Of a DNA stretch of 64,000 nucleotides, positions 1-12,097 are shown piece by piece. The notes below the pieces were generated by a model. That model searched no databases and was not told the origin of the DNA. It worked only from the letters and a program-made list of their open reading frames with translations. Each line of letters begins with the position of its first letter. Position 1 is the first letter of the stretch. Source of the stretch: Blepharisma stoltei ATCC 30299 (Eukaryota > Protista > Ciliophora); NCBI GenBank assembly GCA_965603825.1, contig CBFDEM010000003.1, forward strand, positions 511,709 to 575,708, given 5' to 3'. The position numbers and the translations under genes are program-made.

Positions 1-2833
1 GCTTGAAGATGTCAGCGGTGAAAACTCTGAAAATGGCTATGTTATGCTTGATGAAGACACCTTAGAAGATGTAAACGAAGCCTACCAAGAAATCCTCTGG
101 AACCTCGACGAAAACTCCACAGTCGAAATTAACGGCGAAATCTATACTTATGACGACATCCAAGCTGCAACTGAAAACACTGACAAACTGATTGAAGACT
201 TCGACGAAAACGACGCAGAATACGTCACTTTCTCAGAGACGGGGCCACTTTATTTAGATGAAGACGAAGCAGAAACAGTCGAAGAGATTAATGAAGCCAA
301 CGATGTCTTAGTCTCCACTGAAACAACAGTAACCCTTACCCTCGACGATGTTGAAGAGTTAATTGACTATTATACTGAAGCTGTCGCAGGCTTAGAAGAA
401 GGCGAAACTATGGACACTATTGTAGGAGAAGACCAGACTGCTGAAGAAGTCAATGAACTTATTGTCAGTTTAGAAGACATCAGTGAAGATATGGATGACG
501 GAGACCTTGTCACCATTGACACAACCACCATGACTTATACCATTTATGATGGCGATAACATTGAAGAAGGTGAAGAAGACAGAGAAGAACTCACTGACGA
601 AGTCGCTGACTTGCAAGAATACTATGATGAAACCCAAGAAGAAATCGCTGAAGGACAAATCGAAAAGACTGAAGACGACCTTGAAGATTTAATTGACGAT
701 TTAGAAGATGTCGACGAACTGTTAGAAGAAGGCGACACTGTCCTAGTGGGAGAAAAGACATATACACAAGAAGATATCCAAGGGCTTATTCAAGACGCAG
801 AAGCCTTAATTGATAATCTTGACGAAGAAGACGCAGAGTCAGTTACTTATAATGTGGAAACCCAAACAGTTTCATATATAAGTGAAGACCAGTATGAGAT
901 GGTAGAAGATATTGAAGATGAAGGATACTTGGTAAATCAAGAAGTCATTGATACGGATGAGGATGAAGTCACTGATGTTGATGAAGTCGACACAGACGAG
1001 GTTGATGTAGATGAAGTCGATGAAGCTGATGTCGATGAAGTTGACGAAGATGAAGCTGACGTCGATGAAGTTGACGAAGATGAAGCTGATGTCGATGAAG
1101 TCGACGAAGATGAAGCTGATGTCGATGAAGTTGACGAAGATGAAGTTGATGTCGATGAAGTCGACGAAGATGAAGCTGATGTCGATGAAGTTGACGAAGA
1201 TGAGGTTCAAGCAGAGTCCACAACTACCAATATTCTAGTCCCAACAGAAACTGGAGAAACAGAAGATCTTGATGAAGATGAAGAAGAAGACCTAGAAGAA
1301 CTAGAAGATGCCGTTGACGAACTTGAAGATATCGAAAATGATGCATATGACGAATATGGCGAAGATGTACAAATCATTGACGAAGATACCCTTGAAGACG
1401 TAGCTGACGCCTATGAAGTTATCGTTGAAAACATGGACCCTGAATCGACTATTGAAATAAGTGGAGTAACTTACACTTATGAAGAAATCGAACAAGACTA
1501 TGCTGAAATTGAACAAACTCTTGAAGAAATTGATGAAAATGATGCTGATGCTATCTTAATTACTGATGATGACGAAATTGTACTAGCTGACGATGATACT
1601 CTTGATGAAGCTGAAGAAATCCAAGAGGCAAATGAAGTCCAAGCTTCTGATGAAACCTACGTTCTTTTAGACTATGAAGACGTCGAAGAGCTATTAGACT
1701 GGCTTGAAGACGTAGAATTAGAAGAAGGAGAAACAGTTAGCACAGTCCTTGGTGCCAACCTCACAGCTAGTGATGTAGACGAGCTTCTTGTCAGCTTAGA
1801 AAACATGCTTGATGATATTGAAGAAGACGGTGACGACCTCGTCAAAGTCAACTTGTCAACAGGCACTTATGAAATCGCTGAAGGCGACTTTGTAGAAGAT
1901 GAAGCAGATAGAATTGAAGACCTCGATGAAGAAGTCGAAGACTTAGAAGACGTTTATAATGAACATCTTGAAGATGGAACTACCAGCTCTCTTACTGATG
2001 AAGAAGCTGAAGACTTACAAGAAGACTTAGAAGATGTATTAGACTTAATGAGTGAAACAGATACCATCACAGTCGGAGAATTGACCTTAGACTCTGAAGG
2101 TGTTGAAGCTCTCGTTGATGACGTTGATGAATTAGTCAAAACTTATGATGAAAACGACGCAGTCGAAGCCAGCTACTCAGAAAGCGCAACCTCTATTGTC
2201 TACGCTGACGAAGATGAAGCTGACCTTAAAGATGAAACTGAAGATCTTGAAGAAATCTACAATGAATTCGCTGCCCAAGCTGAAACTGGCTATATTACTA
2301 CCACTATTGAGGATTCTGAAGACAAAATTGACGAAATTGAAGACGTTCTTGACGTCCTCCCAGAAGACGGCACCATAACCCTCGGCACCACTACATTTAC
2401 AGCAGCCGATTTAGACGAAAAAATAGAAGCCAATGAAGACTTTATTGATGAACTTGAAGATGAAGATGCAGAAGGCGCCACCGTAATCTTGGCAACTGGA
2501 GAAAAGGTTTATCATGAAGAAGACGAGCTTGACTTACAAGCTGATTATAATGATATTATAGACGATCTAATTTCAAATGAAGATGGCACATTTACAATGA
2601 CTGAAGACACAGTGGACGATTTCATTGAGTTCTTAGAAGACGTCATTGACTATTTGGATGATAACGATTTAGAGTATATCACTATTAATGGATATGATGT
2701 CACAACTGAAGGAGCTGAAGCTTATCTTGCTCTTTTAGAGGACTGGGCAGATGAAATAGATGATAGTGATAGCAATGCTGTTACAGTGATCCCAAGCTCA
2801 AATACCTTTATGTATGTTGAAGTTGAAGAATAA
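1..2833 (+). CDS. Hyper-acidic (Asp/Glu-rich) modular repeat protein, 5'-truncated by window edge
   Basis: Frame is open from position 2 (CTT GAA GAT...) to TAA at 2831-2833. D/E dominate, K/R are very rare, no Cys. Recurring ~100-aa module (LEDV..L.E..TI..G..YT..D...LIDE.DENDAE.VT). DEDTLEDVNEAYQEI...TVEINGEIYTY recurs as DEDTLEDVADAYEVI...TIEISGVTYTY. Confidence 0.9.
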   Translation, partial: LEDVSGENSENGYVMLDEDTLEDVNEAYQEILWNLDENSTVEINGEIYTYDDIQAATENTDKLIEDFDENDAEYVTFSETGPLYLDEDEAETVEEINEANDVLVSTETTVTLTLDDVEELIDYYTEAVAGLEEGETMDTIVGEDQTAEEVNELIVSLEDISEDMDDGDLVTIDTTTMTYTIYDGDNIEEGEEDREELTDEVADLQEYYDETQEEIAEGQIEKTEDDLEDLIDDLEDVDELLEEGDTVLVGEKTYTQEDIQGLIQDAEALIDNLDEEDAESVTYNVETQTVSYISEDQYEMVEDIEDEGYLVNQEVIDTDEDEVTDVDEVDTDEVDVDEVDEADVDEVDEDEADVDEVDEDEADVDEVDEDEADVDEVDEDEVDVDEVDEDEADVDEVDEDEVQAESTTTNILVPTETGETEDLDEDEEEDLEELEDAVDELEDIENDAYDEYGEDVQIIDEDTLEDVADAYEVIVENMDPESTIEISGVTYTYEEIEQDYAEIEQTLEEIDENDADAILITDDDEIVLADDDTLDEAEEIQEANEVQASDETYVLLDYEDVEELLDWLEDVELEEGETVSTVLGANLTASDVDELLVSLENMLDDIEEDGDDLVKVNLSTGTYEIAEGDFVEDEADRIEDLDEEVEDLEDVYNEHLEDGTTSSLTDEEAEDLQEDLEDVLDLMSETDTITVGELTLDSEGVEALVDDVDELVKTYDENDAVEASYSESATSIVYADEDEADLKDETEDLEEIYNEFAAQAETGYITTTIEDSEDKIDEIEDVLDVLPEDGTITLGTTTFTAADLDEKIEANEDFIDELEDEDAEGATVILATGEKVYHEEDELDLQADYNDIIDDLISNEDGTFTMTEDTVDDFIEFLEDVIDYLDDNDLEYITINGYDVTTEGAEAYLALLEDWADEIDDSDSNAVTVIPSSNTFMYVEVEE
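1019..1207 (+). repeat. 30-bp coding tandem repeat, ~6 copies (DEADVDEVDE)
   Basis: Unit GATGAAGCTGATGTCGATGAAGTTGACGAA repeated head-to-tail 1019-1198 with mostly synonymous variants; degenerate units extend back to ~962. Confidence 0.95.
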
Positions 2834-3175
2834 AGAAGATTCATAAATTAATTAGTTATAATTCTGTTTTTGAAAATATTAGTGTTATAGCCAGTGTTGA
2901 ATTAGAATTGTTTAGGATAATTTAGGGTATTTTTTTGTAAGGATTTATGATATTTTTATTTGAGAAAGATATAGCTTGGTGATGCATAAAATAAGGATTA
3001 TCTATAAATTTGATTAGATTTATTATTGCCTCTAAAATTAAAATAGATTTTTAATATAAGAAATTTAATCAATAGTAAATTAAAATGCCATAATTTTTAA
3101 AGTCATATAAAATCTTGTAATGGCCTTTAAATTGATTTGTTTACATATTTGCTATGCACAAACACCAATAAAAAT

Positions 3176-6100
3176 ATGTCTGACGAAGACGAACGAATTG
3201 CCTTAGAAAATTACCTTATTCTTAATGATAAAGATTTAGCTCTTGAATCGTTTCCACCTACAAGCCCTTTTGGAAAGTATCTAAAAGCAAACAAGCTGCT
3301 GAAATCAGGCCAATTTAAATCACCTAAATTTAAAGCAGAGTTAAAAGAACTTAAAAAGCTTAAGCCAAGCTTCCATAGCACTTTAGAATTAAGGCAGCTT
3401 ATAAAGAGCCTTGAACATTCTACGAATTCTACTGAAAAATCAAAAATCATAAAGAAACTTAACGATAAATATTTTCATTATAAATTTGACTATGAAATTC
3501 CAGATCTAGCTGAAAAACCCCAGAATTCTGAGTATAGTTCACATTTGAACGAAAAACTATTTGAAAATGATTTATCAAAGGCTCACCGCGAGCTGAAAAT
3601 TTATTCTATACTCGATAGTGACGGCAAACAATGTCTAAACGCAAATCAGATGACAATAGCAGTTTTTCAAATTTTTGCAAGAGAAATGCCTTATCTTCAT
3701 GATATTCCTGGAGTCCCAGAAAAATTCGCAGAAGTCCTTGATAACGGAGAAAATTATTCAATAGATTGGTTTAAAAAAATGAGTGTTAGTCAGCTAAATA
3801 AACTTATGGAATTGCATAAAGAGATAGCTAAAAATGTTGAATTTGTTTTATGCTATTTTGAGAAGAAATATTTGTATAAGATAGATAAAAGTGATGCTTG
3901 AAATAAATTAGAAATTTATAAAAAAGTGTGATTTGAGATTCAAGATTATTCTGAAAACATAAATCAAATAAAAAGCATTGTTTTGATTAGCATTTTGAAA
4001 TTAAACTTGAGATTTGGTGTTTATGATGAAGATTTATTTATTAAATATTTAAATAATCATAGACCAACCCCCTTAATATACAAGAATAACCCAAAATGAG
4101 ATCATAATGGTCGTTTTTATTATCATATGAAAAGTCTTCCCGATGAAGAAAAGCTTATAGAGCAATATTTAGAAGAAATATTTAAAAATAGGGTGGATTT
4201 CAAAGAATATGAAGAATTTTTCACAAATGATTTTATTAGAGCACAGTTTGCTAGAGCAAAAATTTTGTCTGGGGAATCTTTATTAAATTATAGCAAAAAT
4301 TTACCACAAGCCGAAATAAATAAAATTGCAGAATTGATTGAACTGGAGCCATGCAGAGAAAATCCAAAATTATTTGAGAGAAATCAATTGATAAAATTCT
4401 CATTAATTACCAAAAATATAACAAAACTTTTAGTCAAAATTCTAGAAATAAATACAAAGTCCTATTATTTAGAAAAAAATATGGAAATTGATCAATCTAT
4501 AGAGCTAGATGGCTTATTAGCAAAGCATGAAATTATTTATGAGTTTAATGATTCACCATTAATTCGTGTTAAAAGGACGTTTGAGTTCCCAGAAATCACG
4601 GATTTATGTGGAATCTTTGTTATTGAATTTATTGGAAACGGCAGATGCTGCAGGACGATCATTAAAAAAGGATTTTTGAAATATGTTTCAAAAATCACCG
4701 ATGCAGGACATTTATTTATGATTTTGGACGAAAATAACCAAATATGCAAAAATCCTGGGTCAGGTGTGACTGTTGATGGAAGGTTTTATTCTACAGAAAA
4801 TGAAAAAGGTCAAGCTTTCGTGCCTTTTGCAAACCAAATGTCTGAAAAAAATATAATAATAAGTGATGGGACAATTTGTGAATTAATTCAAAGATTTGAA
4901 CATTTAAGTGAAAACTATAAACTAAAGGCAGCCTTTTTTGTAAATCAAGAACAATTTATAAGCAAGAAGAAGATCACAATTTCTATAAAGCCAAGACTCT
5001 ACATAAATGATGTAAAAGCTTTAAATTCTTTATTGACAAATTGCAAAGCGACAATATCTACTGTGGATCTTGATAATTGCACATCTTCATCTGTATATGA
5101 AAATCTTTCAATTCCCAAAAAAAACTCCCTAATAAATCTTGACTTCATAGTCCCCTCAAATTTGCAAAAAATTTTTATCAGCTTTTCAGGAGAAATCGAA
5201 AGCATCATCAACAAAAATAAAGTTTCTCTCGAAGAAAAATTTGAAATGAATATAAAGGAAAAATCGGAATCTGAATATATTTATGGTGCTTATTTGAGAT
5301 ATGGAATGAAAGGCTATCAAATAGAATTAAGGGGGAGAAATGGAGAATTTTTGCCTTGGCAAAAAATTGAACTGACTTTAAGACATAGGTATTGAACAGA
5401 TACTAAAACAGAAATTTTAATATCAGATGAAACAGGAAATGCTTATCTAGGCGATCTAAAAAATATTTATGCCATTAAAGCGTCAATAAATATCAACCAA
5501 GACTGCCAAAACTTTCTATGAAAGATAAATGACTTCACTTGCAAGATAAATTATCCCTGCAAAATTAATCTCTGCCAAGGAGACGAATTTGGAGTGCCTT
5601 TTGATATTAATGGAATAAGAGATGTGCACCTTGTATGAGTCAGCCTCACAGAAATGAATAATGGAACCGTTATTGATGATTTAACAAATTATATAGAAAT
5701 TGATTATGGAAAATCAATGATATGATTACGAGGCTTACCAATAGGAAGATTTCGTTTGAAAATTAATCAAAATTATATTGATATTGAAGTTCATGACGGA
5801 ATTCATTTGTTGGATAATCAATTTATTCTAACTGACCACTATGCTGTAAAAACTCCAAAGCAATATAGAACTCTAAGTATTGGCGCTTATGAAATCAAGG
5901 ATAATCAGTTAAAAGTAAATTTATTAGGAGACTCACAAAACTCAAACACTTATGCATTTTTTTCAAATTATATTTTTAATGAGAATGCTGACGTCTTTGA
6001 TAACCTCAGTGCTTTGCTAGGTGAAATTGGCAAGACATACAATTTTTCAAAAAAAAAGTCTATATATAAGAATAGCGAATTTTTAGATGAAGAATACAGA

Positions 6101-9100
6101 TATATAATTGATAGAAAATACCAACCCAAAGATGTTGGAATAGGATTGAAAAAACCTCAATTGCTTTTAAAAAGATTGTTGAGAAATGAAACTCACACTG
6201 AAAATCAAATTGCTAAGCATGGGGATAGGTGTTATATGGCTACAAAAGGAGGAAAGGGATTGGCAAGCAGAGCCAGAAAAAAATGCGGACATTCTTCTTC
6301 TGATCTTTATGCTTATATGGATAACTTAGGAAAAACAATTAATATCAATTATACAAAGAAGCCTGCAATTGATTTCTTAAAATACGCTGCAGAATGGGTG
6401 TTTTCTCCCGTCTCAGAGCATGGGACAGTTTCTATTCCATTAAAAGACTATAAGTATCCACATATTTTATTAATCGCAACTAATGGAGACAACACTTCTG
6501 TGAGATTAATAACAATACCTCAAGCAGAAATTCAAATGCAATCCCTTCAGCATCAATCAGTATTGGATTTAACTCAGTACTATTCAGAGCAAATACAATG
6601 CAGACCTGCATATCCAGGAGAAATAATTACAATAAACAATTTCTCAATCTATCAAATTATTTCATCAATTTCTAAACTTTACCATCTGCAAAAAGAGCTG
6701 ATAATATTGAGCAATAATAATATAGATTATGACGAATGAAGCTTTTTAGATAAGTGGCAAAATCTAAAATTAGCAAAAAAACTTGAAATTTACGATAAAT
6801 TCGTATCTCATGAACTGAATCTATTTTTATATAAAAAAGACACAAACTTTTTTGATGAGATAATTGCCCCTTTCTTGGGATGCAAAATGGAGAAAGATTT
6901 TATTGATAAATATTTATTATCAGAAAATCTTGATGAGTATATGGATATTCATAAAATCACGAATTTAAATGCTCTTGAAAAAGTTCTGCTTATTGAGAGA
7001 AATGTTGAAAAAAATCCATTATTTGCAGAAGAGTTGGCTAGATTATTAAAAAATGAAAGTGACTCATTACCAGTTGAGTATAACGTGAGAAAGCAAAGAA
7101 TCGAGCTGGCGCTGAGATTTGATTCTAATAAGGTGGATGAAAATATATCACCTGCTTCTCCATCTGGTAGCCCTAAAGAAGAAGAAGAATTTGGCAGCGC
7201 TGAAGAAGACGAAGAAAATGAAGATGAAGAAGATATACAAGAAAAAGCAAATATTATGAGTGCTAGAAGAGATATTCCAGTTTATTATAAAAATCCTCCA
7301 GAAGTCAAAGAATTTTGCGAAACTTTTTACTATGGGATTAAAAATTTGAACAAAAATAAAGAGCTAGTCAAAAATAGTCCATTTTGGTCAGATTTGGCAT
7401 TATCAATTCTTAATAAAAAGCCATATGTTTTGAGTGAAGATGTGCTAGCAACTACAAGGACTCTTACAGAATTAATAAGTTCATTAGCATTCACAGACCT
7501 TCCTTTAATTGAAAATCCTATTGAAACTGCAACATCTAGAAATTCAGTTTCCTTTAAATCCAATAGCAACTTTTTGATTTTCTATAAGGAAATTGTGGCT
7601 ACACCGAGTGAAAATTATGATCCAATATTGATGAGGCATAAATATTTTGATCCAGCTGATAGATATACAGAGAATGAATTTGGGAAAAAAGATAAAATAG
7701 TCACTGAATTTATTAACTCTTGATAGGCAATTTTTTTTTTAATGAAAATATTTTTTAAAAAAAAACTTAAATAATCTTCAATCAATTGTTACCATTTAGA
7801 TTAAGCAAAAAACATATGGCTGCCAAGTAATAATTACCAATACTACAGGATGGGAAATTAATGTTGATCTTTTTACAGAAATTCCTCAAGGTAGCATCCC
7901 TATAAAACCGCCAAAGAGCTACACTAGCGAAATTTTTAATATTGAAAATTTCTATACAAAAACATATGAGTATTTATTTTATTTCCCTTATAGTGGGCAA
8001 TTTACTCATTATCCAGGTAGTGCTTCATATAAGGACAAAGTTATAGCAAAATGTGAGCCATCTAATTTGCTTGTGCATGAAAAAGTTGCAATATCAAATT
8101 TTACAAGCTTTAAAGATTTGGCTTTGACTGGACAAAAAGATATGATTTTGGAGTTCTTGAGAGCTGAAAATTTATTCATAAAAACAAAAGAATTCAACGT
8201 GAAAGATTTTTGCTGAATGCTGAAAGACGAAATTTTCTGGAAAAAAACTATTGAAATTCTAAAGCAGAGAAATTATTATTTTGCCGAAATTTGAAGTTTC
8301 GGGATTTTTCACAACGATATTAGCATTATTCGTGAGTTAATGAGCATGAACAAGCAGATTTCAACAGAGCTTGGGCGATTTTTTGATTCATCAATAATAA
8401 CAACTGACAAAGGAGACTACATTCATTTAGAGTATGATCCATTAATAAATACAAGAGCCCATAAATTGGGGAAAAATCCAAGAATAGCCAATATAGAATT
8501 TAAAAATTCTTATAGAGCCTTTTTAGAATTACTATGTGAAAAAGGAAGCCTTGATATTTCAGATCAACTCTGCTTTGTCCAATATTTAGCTTACCAAGAC
8601 CGCATTTCTGAAGCTAAAGAAATTTTTGGCACAATCCCTCTCCATCCTTCAACTGAAAAGCCTGGCTCATCATATTTGCAAATCCAATATGATTACTTTT
8701 GCTGCTATTTTGACCCTGAAATGCTGCCCATAATATCAGCTTTATATGAAAATTATCCAATAGAATCATGGAGAAAATTATTCAACGAAGCAGCCAAATT
8801 TTCAAGAGAAACTCAAGACCAAGATATTTCTATACTTGACCCTCAAGAAAAAGAGCCTACATTGATGTTTTCTATAGAAAAAGATTACATAAGTCTGCAG
8901 TACAAATGGGTTAAAGCATGCAAAATCCGATTTTATCGAGTTGATTTAGAAATCTTATTCTCAAAAAATCCATTTTTCATTGGAAATTCTCAACATTTTA
9001 AATACGTTAAGCCATATTTTGATATAGAAATAAATTTGCAAGATGATGGAGAAGCAAAAATAAAAATTCCTGAGCTGCTTATAGGGCAAAATATTGTTAT

Positions 9101-9422
9101 TGAAATTGATTATGGCGTGTATACAGTGTCGAAGTCTCATTTTTCTGCGAATTTAAAATTCAATTTGATTGAGAGGTATGGGATTATTAAAATTATGAAT
9201 GAAAATTTGGCACCGATAGCAGGAGCTTATATAAAAGTGTTTGTAAAGCAGAAAATCGGAGATATTAAGTTTTATAAGGATGGGTATACAGATATAAAAG
9301 GAAAATTTGATTATGTGTCGCTAAATGTTAATAAGATATCAGAAGCTGAACGATTTGCAATTTTAGTAGTCGATGAAGAGCTTGGATCTTTGGTTTTGGA
9401 AGCAAATCCACCTCCTCAATAA
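3176..9422 (+). CDS. ~2052-aa uncharacterised protein (UGA=Trp; join 3176..7711,7800..9422 after removing an 88-bp insert)
   Basis: ORF-track pieces 3137, 4127, 5756 and 6875 share one frame separated only by TGA. Removing 88 bp at 7712-7799 puts 8340..9422 in frame with no TAA/TAG. Motifs GVYDEDLFIKYL, SHELNLFLYKKD, TYGCQVIITN, YLFYFP..GQFTHYP, HLEYDPLINTRAH, FYKDGYTDIKGKFDY. Confidence 0.85.
7712..7799. other. 88-bp IES-like insertion bounded by ATTAA direct repeats
   Basis: ATTAA at 7712-7716 and 7800-7804 flank a very AT-rich segment containing an in-frame TAG. Excision gives ...VTEF-IKQKTYGCQ... and restores the frame. Confidence 0.75.
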
Positions 9423-10063
9423 TAATCTAATTAGAATAATTTATATTCACTCACTTTCCAATTTAGCTCTAGTTTATAGCAGTAAGCAGCCAGCTCCAGG
9501 CTTCATATTGAAATAAGGTGCTCAAATCTCAATAGAATGATTTTGTCTTAAATTTTATTAATTTAGCCTAAAAAATTGGGCAAAATGGCAAATGTCTGAT
9601 AAAAACCTAATTTTTTGTATTAAATAAAATTATCAAATATTAAGCTGCATCGATGAAAACAAAGAGATAAAGAGAGATAAAGGCTATATAAACTCAAAAT
9701 AAATTTGAGAAAGTCATTATACTAATAGCGAGGGTCTTAGCAGAAATATTAAAGTGCATTTAAATATAACAAAAAAGAGTGAGTTGTATAATTTTTCAAC
9801 AACAAGCAAAATATCATGGTATGACCATTATATTGCTTAATTTTAAATCGAATTAATTACCTCAATTAATCTGCATAACTTTGACTAATAGATAAAATAA
9901 TAAAAACTATATATTTATTTGCTTATAAATAAATTTATATTTTGAATCATTGCCTGAAATTTAAATGTTGCTTATATCTCTGAAAATAGTCTAATATATA
10001 ATTATCATTAAAAACTATTAATTTAATTCATTGCCCATGTTGTCGAATTAATATAATTTAAAG

Positions 10064-12097
10064 ATGAGAATTTATTTTTTCATTCTTTTAGGTATCGTTT
10101 TATCTCAATCTACTCTCCTAGAGTGTAGAAGTGAGTGACTGAAAATTATTCAAGCTGCTGGAGGGATTCTTGATCCTTCTCCTTCCAACTATTCTAAAAT
10201 GTTTATGTACACTGGCTTCAATGTCAATAATTTAGGTCAATATGACCCTTGTTTAGAACTAGACAGCTCTAAGTATGCAATTATCCAGTTTAATCCATCG
10301 CCACCAATAGTGGTAGGACTATGCGGACCTAAAGAATGCTCAAAATATGACTATTTGCATATCTTCGCCAATCTTACATCATCAGATACTAAAAATGACG
10401 ACATTTTCGAAAAATCTTTTGGTGACGTCATCCAGGCAACAGCCACAAGCAATATCGAGGTGATATTTCCTAAAGAGTACATAGACCATCACTTTAAAGA
10501 ATACACTGCCGGAGCAATAATTATGCTAATTATTGTTTCAATAATTATTTTGATCGCCATTATTGGAACATGAATAGACTATTGGCTCATGTCGAAAACT
10601 GAAGAGGCTAAAAAAGAATCAGGTAAGCCTCCAAAAGTAACTTTACTTATGAAATATTTCCTTTGTTTTTCTGTTATTACTAACTTAAAAAAACTTTTTA
10701 CGAGCCGCAGCCAAGAAAAGTTAGGTAAAAAGGACACACTGGAAATCTTAAATCCTGTAAGAGTTTTATCAATTGGATGGGTAGTTTTCGGGCATAATGG
10801 CATGATTTTAGTGACTTCAACAGTCTTGGTTAACGTCAATAAAATTGTTGATATTATGAAATCACCTAAAATGATTATCACAATTGCAGGTACTTTATCA
10901 GTTGATTCTTTTTTCTGTATTTCTGGAGTCCTAATTGGCTATCTACTACTTTTAGAAATAAATAGTGGAAGAAGAATGAACTGGCCTATGCTTTATATTC
11001 ACAGAGTTTTAAGGATTTGGCCTCTTATGCTTTTTGTTTTATTCTTTTTCTGGGCCTTACAAAGGCATATGGGGAATGGCCCGATGTGGTATAATGGTGA
11101 CTTATATAATTCCCAATGCAAAGATTATTGGTGGTCAAATCTTTTGTTTATAAATAATTTTATACCTGATTGGAAAGGCAGTGGCTGCTTAGGCCAAGGG
11201 TGGTATTTAGCTAATGACATGCAGTTTTACATTATAACTCCACCCATAATATATTTATATCATAGATACCACAAATGGATAGGCTGGGGAATTTTGATGT
11301 CTTCAGTTGGATTTACTGTTATCATGTCAGGAATTGTCGCTCATCATTTTTCATTGAATACTGTCGTTTTTGCTGCAGTTAATGGGACTAATTATATGGA
11401 TTTTTACTATACAAAACCATATTGTCGAATTGGAGCCTATGCAATCGGAATTTTGGCAGGTTTTATTGTATACTCATATAGGCTTTACAAAGAAAAAGGT
11501 ATCGTATATGACCCTATCTGTGTTTGGATAGGCAAAAAATTGGAAAATAAATACGTAAGATACACTATTGGGTTGATTGGGCTAGCACTTATAAACTTTG
11601 TGATATTTATTCAATATGATACTATGAAAAATCCTGGAGGTTTTGCATTAACTTATCCTAACTGGACTCATGACGAAAATGTGGTATTTATTGCTTTTCA
11701 TAGGATGATTTGAACATTTGCATTGATGTTTGTGCTTCTGCCAGGCCTTTTAGGCCATTTTTCATGGATGTCTTGGATTTTATCATTAGATATTTGGACT
11801 CCATTTTCTAGGCTGACCTATTGTGTATTTTTACTACAGTCAAATCTGATAGAAATATTTTATAGATGCCAAAGGTCTGCATTGTGGTTTGACGAGTTTC
11901 TTTATCTTAGAGACTCAACTTGGTTCTTTTTCTTTTGCTATTTGTGTGCGATTCCTTTTGTGGTCTTAGTGGAGATGCCTGCTCTGCAAGTGGAGAAATT
12001 GGCATTTATGTCACTAAGATCAAAACCACCGACTGATGAAAAAGCTAGGTCATTGCTGATGGTATCGATGGATAAAGAGACAAAGGAGTCATCATAA
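10064..12097 (+). CDS. NRF-6/OACYL-like acyltransferase-3 family membrane protein (677 aa)
   Basis: Signal peptide MRIYFFILLGIVLS, NRF-type region (NNLGQYDPC...GLCGPKEC), acyltransferase-3 motifs RVLSIGWVVFGH, SVDSFF, HRVLRIWP, WYLANDMQFY, YTKPYCRI. Three in-frame TGA. Confidence 0.92.

Noticed and set aside
1019-1207. 30-bp repeat as a CRISPR array
   Set aside because: Units are contiguous with no spacers, vary mostly at synonymous positions, and lie in a eukaryotic CDS.
872-1238. Repetitive ORFs 872..1210(-), 969..1223(-, RQLHRHQLHL) and 1011..1238(+)
   Set aside because: Alternate-frame and antisense shadows of the 30-bp coding repeat in the acidic protein.
7700-7799. 100-nt GT...AG intron as the explanation of the break in the large gene
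   Set aside because: It also restores the frame, but deletes VTEF, which looks like part of the conserved block, and heterotrich introns are almost all 15-16 nt. The ATTAA-bounded IES reading fits better, though the intron is not formally excluded.
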